This document shows, in pieces, positions 30,481 to 42,871 of a DNA stretch of 64,000 nt; within the stretch, counting starts at the first letter, position 1; the number at the start of each line of letters is the position of its first letter. Position numbers and translations under genes: made by a program. Location of the stretch: the NCBI RefSeq assembly GCF_001194135.2, contig NC_068987.1, forward strand, positions 6,899,154-6,963,153, read 5' to 3'. This stretch comes from Octopus bimaculoides (Eukaryota). Under the pieces are notes generated by a model. That model did no database searches, was not told where the DNA came from, and saw only the letters and a list, made by a program, of their open reading frames with translations.

Positions 30481-31274
30481 GCTATTCGTAAAATTTCCAT
30501 CGTTATTCGAATTTCTGTGGAATCAATTTCTATTTTTTAACTGAAGACATTTTCTGTATTGTATAAAATATATTACAATGGCATCTATTGTAAGTGCATA
30601 GTCAAGCAATGAGATCATGTCACACTTTTGCGCCCGATATTGAACACCGTGAGTAATAACATTTGTAACTGCCATACTTACATAGAACTTTGTATAATGC
30701 GTTGGTTGTTTGAAATGCAGTCGGTGTTTTGTGGTTTTGTGTTAGTGTGTAAGCTTTCCGTCTGGTGATTTTGCTGTGTATTCTGAATTTGAGCTTGAAG
30801 ACTACGTGTGGTATATGTTACATTTCTTTTCATGGATTTTAATGACGCGTTCATCCATTGTGTAATCGGAAAGTTATATTTGTATGCGCATCAGTAATTT
30901 TGTCAGTTTATTGTTGTAATTTGTCTGGACTACTAATTTACTAGAATACTTATTATTAAACTCTAATAGTGCTAGATTATACTATTTTAAACTCCTTTAG
31001 TAGATGAACATTCAAAAGCTACTCTAAGACGGGATTCGACAAATAAAATGTTGTTTATGAGGACCATTTGGGATATGTTGTCAGTATTCTGGCTATTGAG
31101 TACGTGTATATATAATCATGGCTATATATACTAGGGGCAATTAACAGGATGAGGACAAATGTAATGTTAAACCATGTATGACAAATGTTAAAGGAGCAAT
31201 AGGCTTTTAATGCGGATTATATTTTGTACAACTAATCGAAGGAGTATTCCATCAATATTTTATCGTTGGAAGAT

Positions 31275-31478
31275 GGCGGCGAGCTGACAGAGACGTCAGC
31301 ACGCCGGTCGAAATGCTTAGCGGTATTTCATGTGTCTTTAAGTTTTGAATTCAATTTCCGCCGAGGTCGAATTTACCTTTCGGGGTCGATAAATTAAGTA
31401 CTAGTTGCGTAACGGTGTCGATGCAATCGACTGCCCCCTCCCGCCAAATTTCGGGCCTTGTGCCTAGAGTAGAAAAAG
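31275..31478 (+). mobile_element. SINE copy within an inverted SINE+flank duplication
   Basis: Full family architecture with a small core deletion; variants shared with 39782-39989. Confidence 0.9.
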
Positions 31479-32442
31479 ATTATACTGTTTCTATTTATAC
31501 ATTTACTTTCCTCAGTTATATCTACAAATTACGAAATATAATGTCCATCAATCCAGAATGTAACAGCTTACGGAATATATAAGCCTTGATAAACACCCAC
31601 TCCGTAAACACAGACGACAAAAGCAAAGCAGTGCTATTATCTAGTAATTACTAGTTTCGATAATGTACCACAGTGCTAGACAACTAAGGTACGAAAGGTA
31701 TATTATTTCTCCCTGCCCAAGGGCCTCTGTAATTATTCATGAAAGCCTGGTCCCAGTTCGATGTACCAAATGTTGTCAAGTTTCAATCTTTCAGCAAAAT
31801 GTTCCTCGTTGAATCTCTTCCTATTTAAAAGAATGCCGGTAAATGACATTTTTTTGCTGTCTCTGTTGACACCCGAAAAAATACGTGCATGCACACTTCT
31901 TTTGTTGACAAGATTTCTACTCGCCAGTGTCGCTAAAATGTCTGCGTTTACTTTTAGTTGTTGTTTACTATAAATATTTTACTTTACAATTAAATCAGTA
32001 CTTTTTTTTGCTTGTTTTGTGTATGTGTCAAAAGTACGATATTGTACATTTTCCATTGTGCTTTTGTGAATATGCTGTGTGATATCCATAACCTTTTTTT
32101 GTCAATGACCTGAAGGCAAAGAAAAACTGTAAAAAATGTAACACAGAACTTATACTTTTCTTTTGTCAACCTCTGAAAGAGGAGAATTTAAACTGCAGAA
32201 AGTTATTTGTATGTTAGTATTCTTCGTAAAAAATTTATTTCCGTTAGCAGAATGTTTCCGAGCGAGGTTTAAGAAAACGTATACATTTGTAAATGATAAA
32301 AATAATAATAGTCTCAAACTCTGATAAAAGGCCAGAAATTTTGACGGTTTGAAGTAAGTCAATACCATGGACCCAAGTGCTTGACTGGTACTTTATTTTA
32401 TCGACTTTATTTTAATTGCTATGATCATATCCCGCCGTCTTT

Positions 32443-32830
32443 CGTTGAGAATGAGCGAGTAAAGTACATATGGGATATGACCATCTTTACAAACAGGCAC
32501 GTAGGACATAATCGTTTTGACGTCATGACTGTGCACACATGAATGAATCATAGTAGAAGTCGGTGTTTCTGCTGACCAGAATGTTTAAATTACCGAGGGA
32601 GTGAAGGTAAACAAATACCAGGATTTGGCAAGCCAGGCACGAGAAATACATCAAGCAACAGTCAAAATTGCCCCTTTTGTTATCTCTGCACTCGGAACAA
32701 TTTCAAAGAATCTGGATGCAGTACCTGAGATCTTCGGCTTGCTACATATATTATGGGAATGTAGAAATGAGTGCGGTGCTTTTAGAAGCTCATGTGAGGA
32801 GGAAGGTGTTGAGTCTCGGAGCTGAGGCAT
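32443..32830 (+). mobile_element. R4/Dong-clade LINE fragment (restriction-like endonuclease domain)
   Basis: ENERVKYIWDMTIFTNRHVGHNR.DV...IVEVGVSAD...KVNKYQDLA...VKIAPFVISALGTISKNL matches the RLE motifs (ILWDF, RPD, IDIAVP, KYQDL, VIGALG). Confidence 0.8.
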
Positions 32831-32999
32831 AATTACACACAATCCGACCGTGAAACGCCTAAGTGTTGGAAAAACAACGAAAAAATGATTTTTTAAAAAT
32901 CTACCCCAGTACTTCACTGGTACTTTATTTTAACGACTTCAGAATGACGAGAGATAAAATAAGAGTTCCAAGAACACATACTCAATGTCTGTAGAGACC

Positions 33000-33300
33000 C
33001 CAATATACGTAAATAAATTAAAAGGTCGCCGAGAAGTATGCGCAACGAGATGAAACAGAAGAATCCATTGTGAAAGCAAAACAAAGAAAAGCAGAAACCA
33101 AATCGAACGAAATTTCAGAGCAGCTTAATAGCAACAAGAAAAGAGAGAAAACAAGTCTCGAGGCAAAATCAGGTAAAAACTAAACATTAAATATCAACAA
33201 ATAATATATGAGAATCTTCAAAAGCTCTTCAGAAACAATGTTAGGAAATTTTACTAATAGCTGAGCCATGAGAATTAACATCAAGGGAATGATTTAGCAA
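33000..33300 (+). mobile_element. R4/Dong-like LINE pre-RT fragment
   Basis: QKLFRNNVRKFY resembles the QNRLF.NNQ..FY motif of this clade. Confidence 0.45.
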
Positions 33301-33357
33301 ATACTGAAGTATTTGTTATGTCATTCGATCAAATATTTGGAGCAAAGAGATTCAATA

Positions 33358-34120
33358 CACTAGTGAGTTGAACTGGTTATGGAAGTTTAAAATTGAAATG
33401 GCCTAACGATAAAATGTTTACAAATATACCAAATATAGTAAAAGTTCCTCAATCCTATGTTGTTTCGTTAGTGAACAGAACTGTTGAAAACTCTATCTTC
33501 TGCCCATTTCAGTCTCTTCTGCTTATGAACATCCTTCAGAGGGGGGGGGGGGCTTGTAACAAGTTTAACATTCCTGGCTACCTGCTTCAAGAGGCGACAC
33601 CTGGTAGTTTTGGATACCTCCTCCCTGCCACAATGTTTGAAGATTTCTCTACTTGTCAGATATGGGTTCTGCACAACTCTCCTTTTCACCCATGATAAAA
33701 TACGATTCGAAGCAACCCTCGAATGGCCCTTATCTGCCCTCGATCGGACAAAAATAGGAGACTGCAAAAATTTCTTCATTGTTCGGTGATTCCTTACCAG
33801 TATTTTGGATACTTCTATGGTTGTTTTTCCTCTTCCAAGCTTTGACACAATGGTAGACTTCTCATTTGAAGTAAGATCACATTTCTGATCCTTAATTATA
33901 CTTAAATTGGATACATGCCTAATAATTTGGGATAGCAGAAATATTGCTGCTACACGATAATGGCTGCCGTTTGTTTTCGTCTGCGCAGATCCAATTTATT
34001 TTAACAGAATTTACGCAGGTAAGGGTTGCCAACAGTCAGTGAGAAAACAACTGATTTTGAACGTATATACACTTATTTATTGAGAGAAGGTTGATTTGCC
34101 TAACAATGTGGGACGCAGTG
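33358..34120 (-). mobile_element. Internally deleted Tc1/mariner element retaining the transposase DNA-binding region
   Basis: ORF 33468-33848 (KRRVVQNPYLTSREIF...VSKTTRCRLLK...PPPLKDVHKQKRLKWA) is a Tc1 N-terminal HTH region; DDE domain absent. TIR CACTGCGTCCCACATTGTTAGGCAAAT at 34094-34120, a degenerate partner from 33358, and TA at 33356-33357 and 34121-34122. Confidence 0.85.
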
Positions 34121-34922
34121 TACTATCTTTCTTGAGGTTTCTATATATTTATTTATTTAATATTTATTTCTCTACTTGCTATTAAGTATCCTCTGTTATA
34201 GCGTTTAATGTGGTAGCATCTCCCCTCGAATGATGTTAACTCCGCATGATTTTGTAGTTTTTGTAATTTGTTTGTGCTATAACTTACCCTTCGATATTTT
34301 ACTCCATGTCTTGGGCCCTTGCGGCCAATAAAAGAAGCAATCATCTTTCATTGTCACCGGGAACGCTCGTGGTTAATGAAAAGATGAACAATTTATTAGA
34401 GAAGGTGATGAGATGTTAAGAAACAAAACTAAACTGCAGAAGTAAATTATTAGAAAATGTGAAAACGTGGAGAATAATATCCTAAGAGGACTCTTTGTCT
34501 CATACCTGAGAGGAATATAATGAGAAAATCCACACCTGCAAAAAGAGATTGCTAAAACCAGGGTCAAAATAAATATTCTGGCATACATTGATAAACTGTA
34601 CAGAAAAACTGAAAAATACCTGGAGTCACTAGTCCAATCTGTAAGAATATTTGTTTATAGGTATGAGTCTTAGGCTGAACAAGTCTGCAGTTATCACAGA
34701 AACATAACTCAAGATGAAATCATTAGATTACTGTGCTGCAGCACAGAATTTTGTCAGCGAACAGGTCGCGGTCTCAAAGCGACGAAAATATTTTGACAAA
34801 TTAAATTTAAATGTTGAAGTGAATCTAACGGTCTGTGTGTGTTATTTTAAATGGCTTATAAACACCTTCCACGCTATAACAATATTGATAATAATAACAA
34901 CGAAAACAACTACAGCAAAAAT

Positions 34923-34923
<1 letters not shown>

Positions 34924-34988
<65 letters not shown>
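34924..34988. repeat. (AAT)n microsatellite
   Basis: Direct inspection. Confidence 0.95.
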
Positions 34989-34989
<1 letters not shown>

Positions 34990-35014
34990 TAGCTGAAAAA
35001 AGTATCAATGAAAA

Positions 35015-35625
35015 ACAGAAACTGAGAGCACTATACTTGCAGCGAAAGACGAAGTTTTGGCCACACATTGGAGGGCAAACCTTTGGAATGAGCAAGTATC
35101 TCCACTGTACGACTTCTGTAATAGAGTAGACGAAACCTTTGCCTGTATAATGAATGAATGCCCTAGACATTCCCACAACCATTACAAGCTGTGGTAACAC
35201 GATGAGGTAGCGAAAGTGCTATAATGGAAACTGTGTGAAAAGCGGGGGTCTAGAGAGAAGTTAGATGTGGTATGAGCCCAAACCGTAGAGAATGGCAGAG
35301 TCGAAGACGTGCAAAATCCTGTGGGATTTCGCAATCCAGATGAACCAAGTGCTAGAGCATAACAGACCGTCCCTGGTGGTGGTGGAAGGAAGGCGAGAAA
35401 ATAGAAAAGATAGATAAAGTATAATCCTCATAGGTAGGAAATAACCCGGATATGGGAAATGAAGAAAGTTAAGATAGTGTCAATTAATGATGGTTCCTTG
35501 GGGACAGAATCAGACGGTATCAGCAAGACTATATAGAAAATCGGAATAGAATGTCCAGTAGAACTGTTACAAAAGGCTTGCCTCCCTGCCACGGCCAGAA
35601 TAATCAGGAAAGTATTAGATAGTTG
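35015..35625 (+). mobile_element. R4/Dong LINE 3' end (zinc knuckle and RLE to stop codon)
   Basis: ETESTILAAKDEVLAT...FC...ET....ECP...HDEVAK...WKLCEK...KILWDFAIQ...HNRP...GSLGT...LLQKACLPATARIIRKVLDS*. Confidence 0.85.
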
Positions 35626-35629
35626 AAAA

Positions 35630-36000
35630 ACACAGATTGCAGGCAAAAAGCCCACTACACATGCAAAACTTTAGGAGTTCCAACAAATCTTGAATTAACA
35701 AATAATAATAAGTTACTCATAGATAAAATGGTAATGAAGATTGTTAACGAAGAAGGACAAATTTATCAATGGCCTGGATATACTACCGCAAGACCTATGA
35801 CATGATTCCACGTCTTTGGATCAGAAAACGTTTGAATATGTCTGTGATTGCAAAGAACGTCAATAATGTTTCTTAGAAAAAACATGGAAAATTGGAAGAC
35901 AGGACTAACATCATAAAGATAGCACCAAGCAACGTAATAATTCAAGCAGAGTATTTTTTCAGGGTGACAGTGTCTCCTTGACTATTCGTTTAGAAATAAA
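35630..36000 (+). mobile_element. R4/Dong LINE reverse transcriptase fragment
   Basis: LLIDKMVMK...NLSMAWI.YRKTYDMIP..WI...IFQGDS = RT motifs (AWIDY.KAYD, QGDSLSP), frameshifted. Confidence 0.8.
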
Positions 36001-36169
36001 GAAAATAATCCGCAGGCATGAAACCAGGACTTGAATACACAGGAAGTTAAGTCAACATTAGGAAGTACTAAGAAAAGGGAGGTGGTAAAAGTATACACCA
36101 GATCGGGTTCCAGAGAATCACAAAGCAGCCATACTATGAGATATGTTAATGCATGCAATATTGTTGCCA

Positions 36170-36460
36170 GAGGTCAATTGGAAAATGTGTGGATTCTAGT
36201 TGACTTAACATTCTCAACGAGTGATAATATTTTTCCTAGAGAAACGGAGAAATTACTGAGATATATAACTCTTTAGATAGAGGAAACATAAATGTTAGGA
36301 TTCAATGCAGAAACACTCTCTATGGTAAGCGATAAGTGCCTTGGGAATGGTGAAAAAAACTTTAAGCAAATACTTAGCGAAACATCAATAACTTACAAAC
36401 TTGCACATTCTTCAGAAATTAACACACATACGTACTGCACATATATTAAGTAGAACACTT
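36170..36460 (+). mobile_element. Another R4/Dong LINE 3' end
   Basis: ILVDLTFSTSDNIFPRETEKLLRY...CLGMVKK...ILQK...TAHILSRTL; RLE C-terminus. Confidence 0.7.
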
Positions 36461-37509
36461 AAATACAATGAAAGATGGAAACCTCAACAAAACACTTCTC
36501 CTACTGGAGGTACACAGAGATGTGTCTCAAAAGTACAGTTAAATGATGCAGTATATTTCAGACTGCAAAGTAATAATAATATGATGGTTTTACTTACTGC
36601 AAAAATTTAGCTACAATATACAGTGCAAAAGCTTAACTGGGATAGTCTAGTTACATTTTTACTTTTCCGTAACAGCTTCACAAAAAACTATAGTTTTAAT
36701 TCCAATATATGAAACACCGCATTCATTCAAATTTGTCGTTGACTGTTTGGAAGTTAAGGTTTTTTAGAAAGCCGCGTAGGATAGTCATATAGTTATATTG
36801 CAAACCCACATCATCCCACATTTATCGCCAGCACCACTCTGATCACTCACACCCTGCAAATAAGTCAAGTCCAAAGTCCAAATGTTTGAGAATAAACGGA
36901 TTTGTACTAAAACAGGAGATTATTGCAAACATGAAATGATTTTATGAGCCATTATGCCAGCTACGATTGTACTGAATGACACCTGAATTTGAATGGCAAA
37001 TAACAATTCGAAAATTGAATACGAATGACAAACTTTCAAAGAAAAATTACTGAAAAATACCGTTCTTTCAAAATTAATATCCGTTTATTGTGTACTTTAG
37101 ACGTTACAAAAATGTAAAGCAAATTCTAACTAGTACGTCTAACCCTAATGAAAACTGCATTAGTATTTCTGAACGCTGTACCTCTAAAAATAGTTAAGAG
37201 AGAGATAAGAATTGTTCATTGTATAACTGAAAGAGTCAAGTCAATTCCATCACAGGTTTCAAGAGTAATGTTATGATTTCTACAGATGGTATGACGTGTA
37301 ATGATTACGCATTTGATCAATCAATTGACTAGTACTTTATTTTATTGACTCCGAAATTCGCGGAATTTGAACTCATGGTGTATAGAGTCGAGAAAAAAGC
37401 TATGCAAGTTGTCCAACTTCGCAGAAAGAGTACAAACGCGGACATGACAAGGTTGCCCAAAACCTTCACTGGCTAATATGCCAGAAGTATGGATACGAGG
37501 TAACGGGTG

Positions 37510-37554
<45 letters not shown>

Positions 37555-37619
37555 CGCCTGAACACGTGCTCAACCAGGTTGACAGATGCTGTTATAATAC
37601 ATTGCTGGGTACATTGACA

Positions 37620-37800
37620 TTTTGCATCGTTTTAGCCATCGAATGAGGCCACCTCGCTGGGTAGGCGAGCAAGCCAACATTCCCAGCAACATGTAATGAA
37701 GTATGTTGCTCGAGAGCAAAACGCACCGCCCGTTCTCGGAATCAAAGCTACAATCTAGCGATTGTATGTGCAACAGCTCAACCACTAGCTCACGTGCCAA
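37620..37800 (-). mobile_element. Second-family tRNA-derived SINE (degenerate)
   Basis: Reverse complement begins GGCACGTGAGCTAGTGGTT...GATTGTAGCTTTGATTCC...GGTGCGTTTTGCTCTCGAGCAAC, a tRNA-like head. Confidence 0.65.
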
Positions 37801-39162
37801 GCCATGATCGATCGTTGACCAAACACCATTCATTTTTTTTCTCCGTGTTTTTCTCCTTGTTTTCTCCGTACTCTTCCTGTTGAAGAGCGTAGCTCGAAAC
37901 GTTAAAGACTTTCTGTATTCCCGAGCGTCAAACTAATACATCCCTTTGTTGTTTACACCACCTGTCCTCGTCTGTTGTTGCTTTTTTTTTTCGTACATTC
38001 TCCCTTATATATATATATATATATNNNNNNNNNNNNNNNNNNNNNNNNNNNNNNNNNNNNNNNNNNNNNNNNNNNNNNNNNNNNNNNNNNNNNNNNNNNN
38101 NNNNNNNNNNNNNNNNNNNNNNNNNNNNNNNNNNNNNNNNNNNNNNNNNNNNNNNNNNNNNNNNNNNNNNNNNATACGTGTGTGTGTATGTGTGTGCGTG
38201 CCTTTCTTTATGTTCACTGCTTTGCTCGAAAAAAAGTGTTACTTAATTCTAAATATTACACAATGCAGCGGTTGGTTTTCTTTAAATCTGACGGTTTCAA
38301 AAACACATTTCATCCTTGGATGTGTGGGTTTTGTGATGTGCCCTGGAGGTGTTCCGGCGGTTACAGAAAGAGAATGACTATCCATATTCAATACTTTAGA
38401 AATACCAGATAATAGTACTTACTATCAACTGTATTTTTGAATTTTAAAATTTTAATTCTTTTTCTTTAAAAACATTTAAACACGCACAGAGAGACACAGA
38501 CACACACAGACACACACAGACACACACAGACACACACAGACCCACACATACTCCCACACCAGTGATCTATTTACTATTCAAGTCCGGTACAAAATCCTAG
38601 GTGCCTGCCACTGTATTAATAATAACATTCACGATGCGTACGTCTTTGTTCGATAATGAACTCATTAACCCAAATTGTTGATATGCACTCCCAATTTATT
38701 TCGCTCCAGTAGCTTCCGGACTTGAAGGTTGCAATGCATGTACCTATCTGCGACATAGAATTTGCTATACAAGAATGGTAAAAATGATGCAATCTGTTAA
38801 GTGGGAAGAAGGAATCTATTACATTTGGTAGTCCAGTCTCTATCGATTCCTTTAACTCTGACTTTCGATATATTAACTTTGTCAAGCTGAAATAAGAAAC
38901 GAAATATATCCATTAATGAAAGAGATGGCATAAAAATAATTAGTTTGATTGATATATATAGAGAGAAACAAAGAAAATCGTGTGTCGGTGAGTGTGTGTT
39001 TTTGTGTTTATGTCAATGCAATCTATTAAAAACTTCATCGTTAATACTTCATTATGTAATCTAAACTCTAACGAAATTACGCTTTCAATCACATTAAACG
39101 AATTCTTGTGACAATGAATTTCATTTTTATTCTGTATTGTTATGTGTGTTGTAACTTATATC

Positions 39163-39250
39163 AACGGTTCTCAACCGGGGTCTCTATGACACTTGGGAGT
39201 TCATATCAGATGTTGTTGCAAATTTTAATGTGTAATAAACTGGCTACAAA
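39163..39250. mobile_element. One end of a hAT MITE
   Basis: CAACGGTTCTCAACC resembles the TIR at 7709; partner end not found. Confidence 0.45.
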
Positions 39251-39409
39251 TTTATTTACACATTTATAAATTGCTATAAAAAGAAATTGTTTTAAATATA
39301 CGTTAACGATTAAATGTTTATAAAGATATTTATAAATGTCTTTATACAATAGGGACAATTAACAGAACGAGAACAAATGTGATGTTACACCACCTTTGGC
39401 AATTGTTAA

Positions 39410-39989
39410 AGGACACAAGGTCAGAAATTTTGGGGAAGGTGGGTAGTCGATTAAATTGCCCCCAGCACTCACCTGGTACTTATTTTATCGACCCCTAAAG
39501 TGATAACGGCAAAGCCGAACACGGTGGATTTGAACTCAGAACGTAAAGACAGACTAAATGCCACTTCGCAGTTTGCCCGTCGTGCTAATGGCTCAGCCAC
39601 TTCGTCGTTCTCTAACGGCAAAATATTGGTTTGAAATTTTGGGGGAGGGACTAATTAGATTAAATCAACCTTAATGCTCAACTGCGGAAGTTGAACTCAA
39701 AACTTAGAAACGAAATGCCGCCAAGCATCTTGCCCGGCGTGCCAACGATTTTGCCACCTCACCGCCTTCTAACGATAAAATATTCTTTTCTACTCTAGGC
39801 ACAAGGCCCGAAATTTTTAGGAAAGGGGCCCAGTCGATTACATCGACCCCAGTATGCAACTAGTACTTAATTTATTGGCCCGGAAAGGCAAAGTCGACAT
39901 CGGCGGAATTTGAACTCAGAACGTAAAGACAGTCGAAATACTTCTAAGCATTTCGCCCGGCGTGCTGACGTCTCTGTCAGCTCGCCGCC
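39410..39989 (-). mobile_element. Three head-to-tail SINE copies (39410-39607, 39625-39766, 39782-39989)
   Basis: Three family cores in the same orientation, each followed by TCTAACGRYAAAATATT. Confidence 0.88.
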
Positions 39990-40479
39990 ATCTTCTAACG
40001 ATAAAATATTGATACAATATTCCTTCGATTAGTTGTACAAAATATAATCCACATTAAAAGCCTATTGCTCCTTTAACATTTGTCATACATGGTTTAACAT
40101 TACATTAATTCTCATCCTGTTAATTGTCCCTATTATATATAACCATGATTATAAATGCACGTACTCATTTGCCAGGATACTGACAACGTATCCCAAATGA
40201 TCCTCATAAAGCAATCTGAACGTTTCGACTTCCAATTTAAATCGCAAATTAAATATACTTAAAAATGTATTCGCTCATAATTTGTCGGAAGTTTTTATTA
40301 CCTTCTGAAAGACAACTTAAAATTCAAGCATAATAGTTGTTTTATTCTCCTTCGTCAGAATCCATGATTACATGTTAAGAACGACAATAATGAATTGAAT
40401 GCTTAATGTTGCGACTCTAAAATTTAAAACTAGTTAAATTTACTGGGCAAATTGAGGATAAAATAAGAAAACATTGGTG

Positions 40480-40910
40480 AAGCAGAAAACTAATACAAAA
40501 CAGGAAATTGTCTTGGAATTCAAATTGTCGAAATAATTGCCTTCAAAGAATACCGACATTTAAAATAATCTGCAATATATAGAAGAAAACACAAATTTGG
40601 TAATATTGTGAAGTACCAATGGAACAGATATACGAAAGGGTTATGATGCTTCGTCATTTTGTGAAGTTCTAAGAGCAAATGCTGAAAAGAAGTTTATTTT
40701 CACTAAATTGAAATGCATTTGCATATTTTCATAAAGAAATGATCAAGTCGCGTTGAATAAAGAACTCAATATGCAAGATCTGAGTGTCAATAGACATCTT
40801 TGTCCGGAAACGTGTCAGATATCGGAAATAGATAACGCTCCATTATATACAGAAGCCTAGATTGAAAGACACATACACAGGGGAGTAGAAAGATAGCTAT
40901 ATCGATTAGT
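40480..40910 (+). mobile_element. Highly decayed non-LTR reverse transcriptase fragment
   Basis: DIRKGYDA...EVL and IHRGV resemble RT motifs D..KAYD and RGV.QG. Confidence 0.35.
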
Positions 40911-42746
40911 ACAAATAAAGTGTTGGAAAACGGGACTGAATTTGTTATTAGAGGCTATGATTTTGATGATAGTGATGCTGCAGATGAAGATAATTATAAT
41001 GTTGTTGAAAATGGAGATAAGAAATTGATTATAATAAGTCCTTCAATTTCACTCATAACATAATCTAGAGTAGCACCATCATCATCATCAACATCATATC
41101 CAAAAACCCTACTACCTCATAATGTTAACTTAAACGAATATTCAAAAGTCAACAGAATAAACGAACACTGTTTTAAGAGTTACTTAAAATGTTGTGCATT
41201 AAAATTCTCAAACCGGCAGCTATTACTGTAAATTATATATGCGAATATTATATACTTAAATACTTTTATTGCCATAGAATATACTCACTGCTGGATGAAC
41301 TGTTATGAGATCACTCTAATAACAGCTCCAGGGGACTGAATTTATTTTGCAAACATATCCAAGGTCTTTAATTTATGATATTTCTGTCCAAAAATCTGTA
41401 AGAAAATAATATCTGTATCGGTTGTATAAAGGACATCGCATTCATTGACCATTACTTCATTCACCCGAAACGTCTACATTTATGAGAGACTTTTCCTAGT
41501 TTGGAATCACATTTCTGTGATCAGCCTATGAAGCATCGTATAAAAGAAATCAGTGCCTCATTCTATCACTGGACATATATTACATTGGTTAGGCGCATCA
41601 TGACTATGATTTTACAGTAATTTCTGCATTAAATTTGATATGAATTTTAATCCATATATGTTTCGCCCGTGTATGACAAACAGTTGGTATGACAAAACGC
41701 TGGTGTTTTCCTGCCGTTCTTGTTTCAATGTCACACGACAATAATTTTGTTGTAACAACATATGTACACATATTTGCATAAAACACAGTGTTGTATTGAA
41801 GAACTGCTTAAAGATCAGAATGCATCTGATCCCCCCAGCTGTGTCAGAAGGGAAGAAAGAAACACAAGTTAGGAAAAGAAAGAAAAGATGGCCGATGGTC
41901 AAGTGGGAGCAACGAGAGAGCAAAGGAGGAAGAGTGAGGGAGAGAGAGAGAGACAGACAGAGAACAGTGAAAGGAAGAAGAAAAGAATGACAGAAAGGAT
42001 AAGAGAGAAAAAAGCGAGAAGGGGAGATAGAAAGAATTAGAGGAAGGAAGAGAGAAAACGGAAGAGTAATAGAATAGAATACATATATATATCGTGAGAA
42101 CAAAAATGGCGGTGATGGTATTATTTTTAATCTTTCATATACTCACATGCTCACACAAAAACCAACGGAGACAAACAAACAAACTGACCTCTGCACTTCC
42201 TAATACATGCACGTATATTCTCGGCATCATTTCTCACTCTCTCACTATACTCAAGTTCACACATATATACTCTTGCTCACCATATATTTACAAACATGCA
42301 GACACAAGTAAACCCAAGACACAACACTCACACACACGAACACACATGGATATTCGTATGAACACACACACACACACACACATATATATACACACAAATA
42401 TTTCACAGAGAATAGACTCATAGAAGAAACGAAAAACTGGAAGTCTTCATACAATTTGATATCTGGTAGCAATATTCGTGTTATAGAACAGCTGCCACTT
42501 CTAACGATTATATAATTCGAATTCTCTATATAAACATTTGCGTTTTTCGACAAAGCATGACCGTGGTACTTTACTGTTTTATTTGCGATGTAGTGTTATT
42601 CATTGGCCCCTTCTATTTCTATGTCCGTCCAGTTGAAAAAGTAAGTGACAATAACAAAGAAATCATTATAAAAATGGAACACTTCTTCACAATTACTGAT
42701 TAATTTTATCTACACCTTTAATTATAATTCATTTTAATTATTTCAG

Positions 42747-42871
42747 ATTACGTCGAAAAGGAGAGATGTTTTTCCATAGCCGCTTTGTGATTTTAACCGT
42801 TGTTATTTTGTGCGTTCTTGACTGCGCCTTGGTCCTGGGAGAACTTATTTTGGACTTGCACAGTGTTAGAG
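42747..42871 (+). CDS. Hv3: Hv3-like exon: S0 and S1 helix with selectivity-filter Asp
   Basis: tttcag|A...AGAG|gtaagt, 125 nt (phase 2 to 1). Encodes LRRKGEMFFHSRFVILTVVILCVLDCALVLGELILDLHSVR; VLDCALVLGELILDL aligns to human Hv1 VLDALLVLAELILDL (D112/E119/D123). Asp codon at 42820-42822. Confidence 0.93.

Noticed and set aside
33468-33848. 126-aa ORF as a host gene
   Set aside because: It is the truncated Tc1 transposase N-terminus without the DDE domain.
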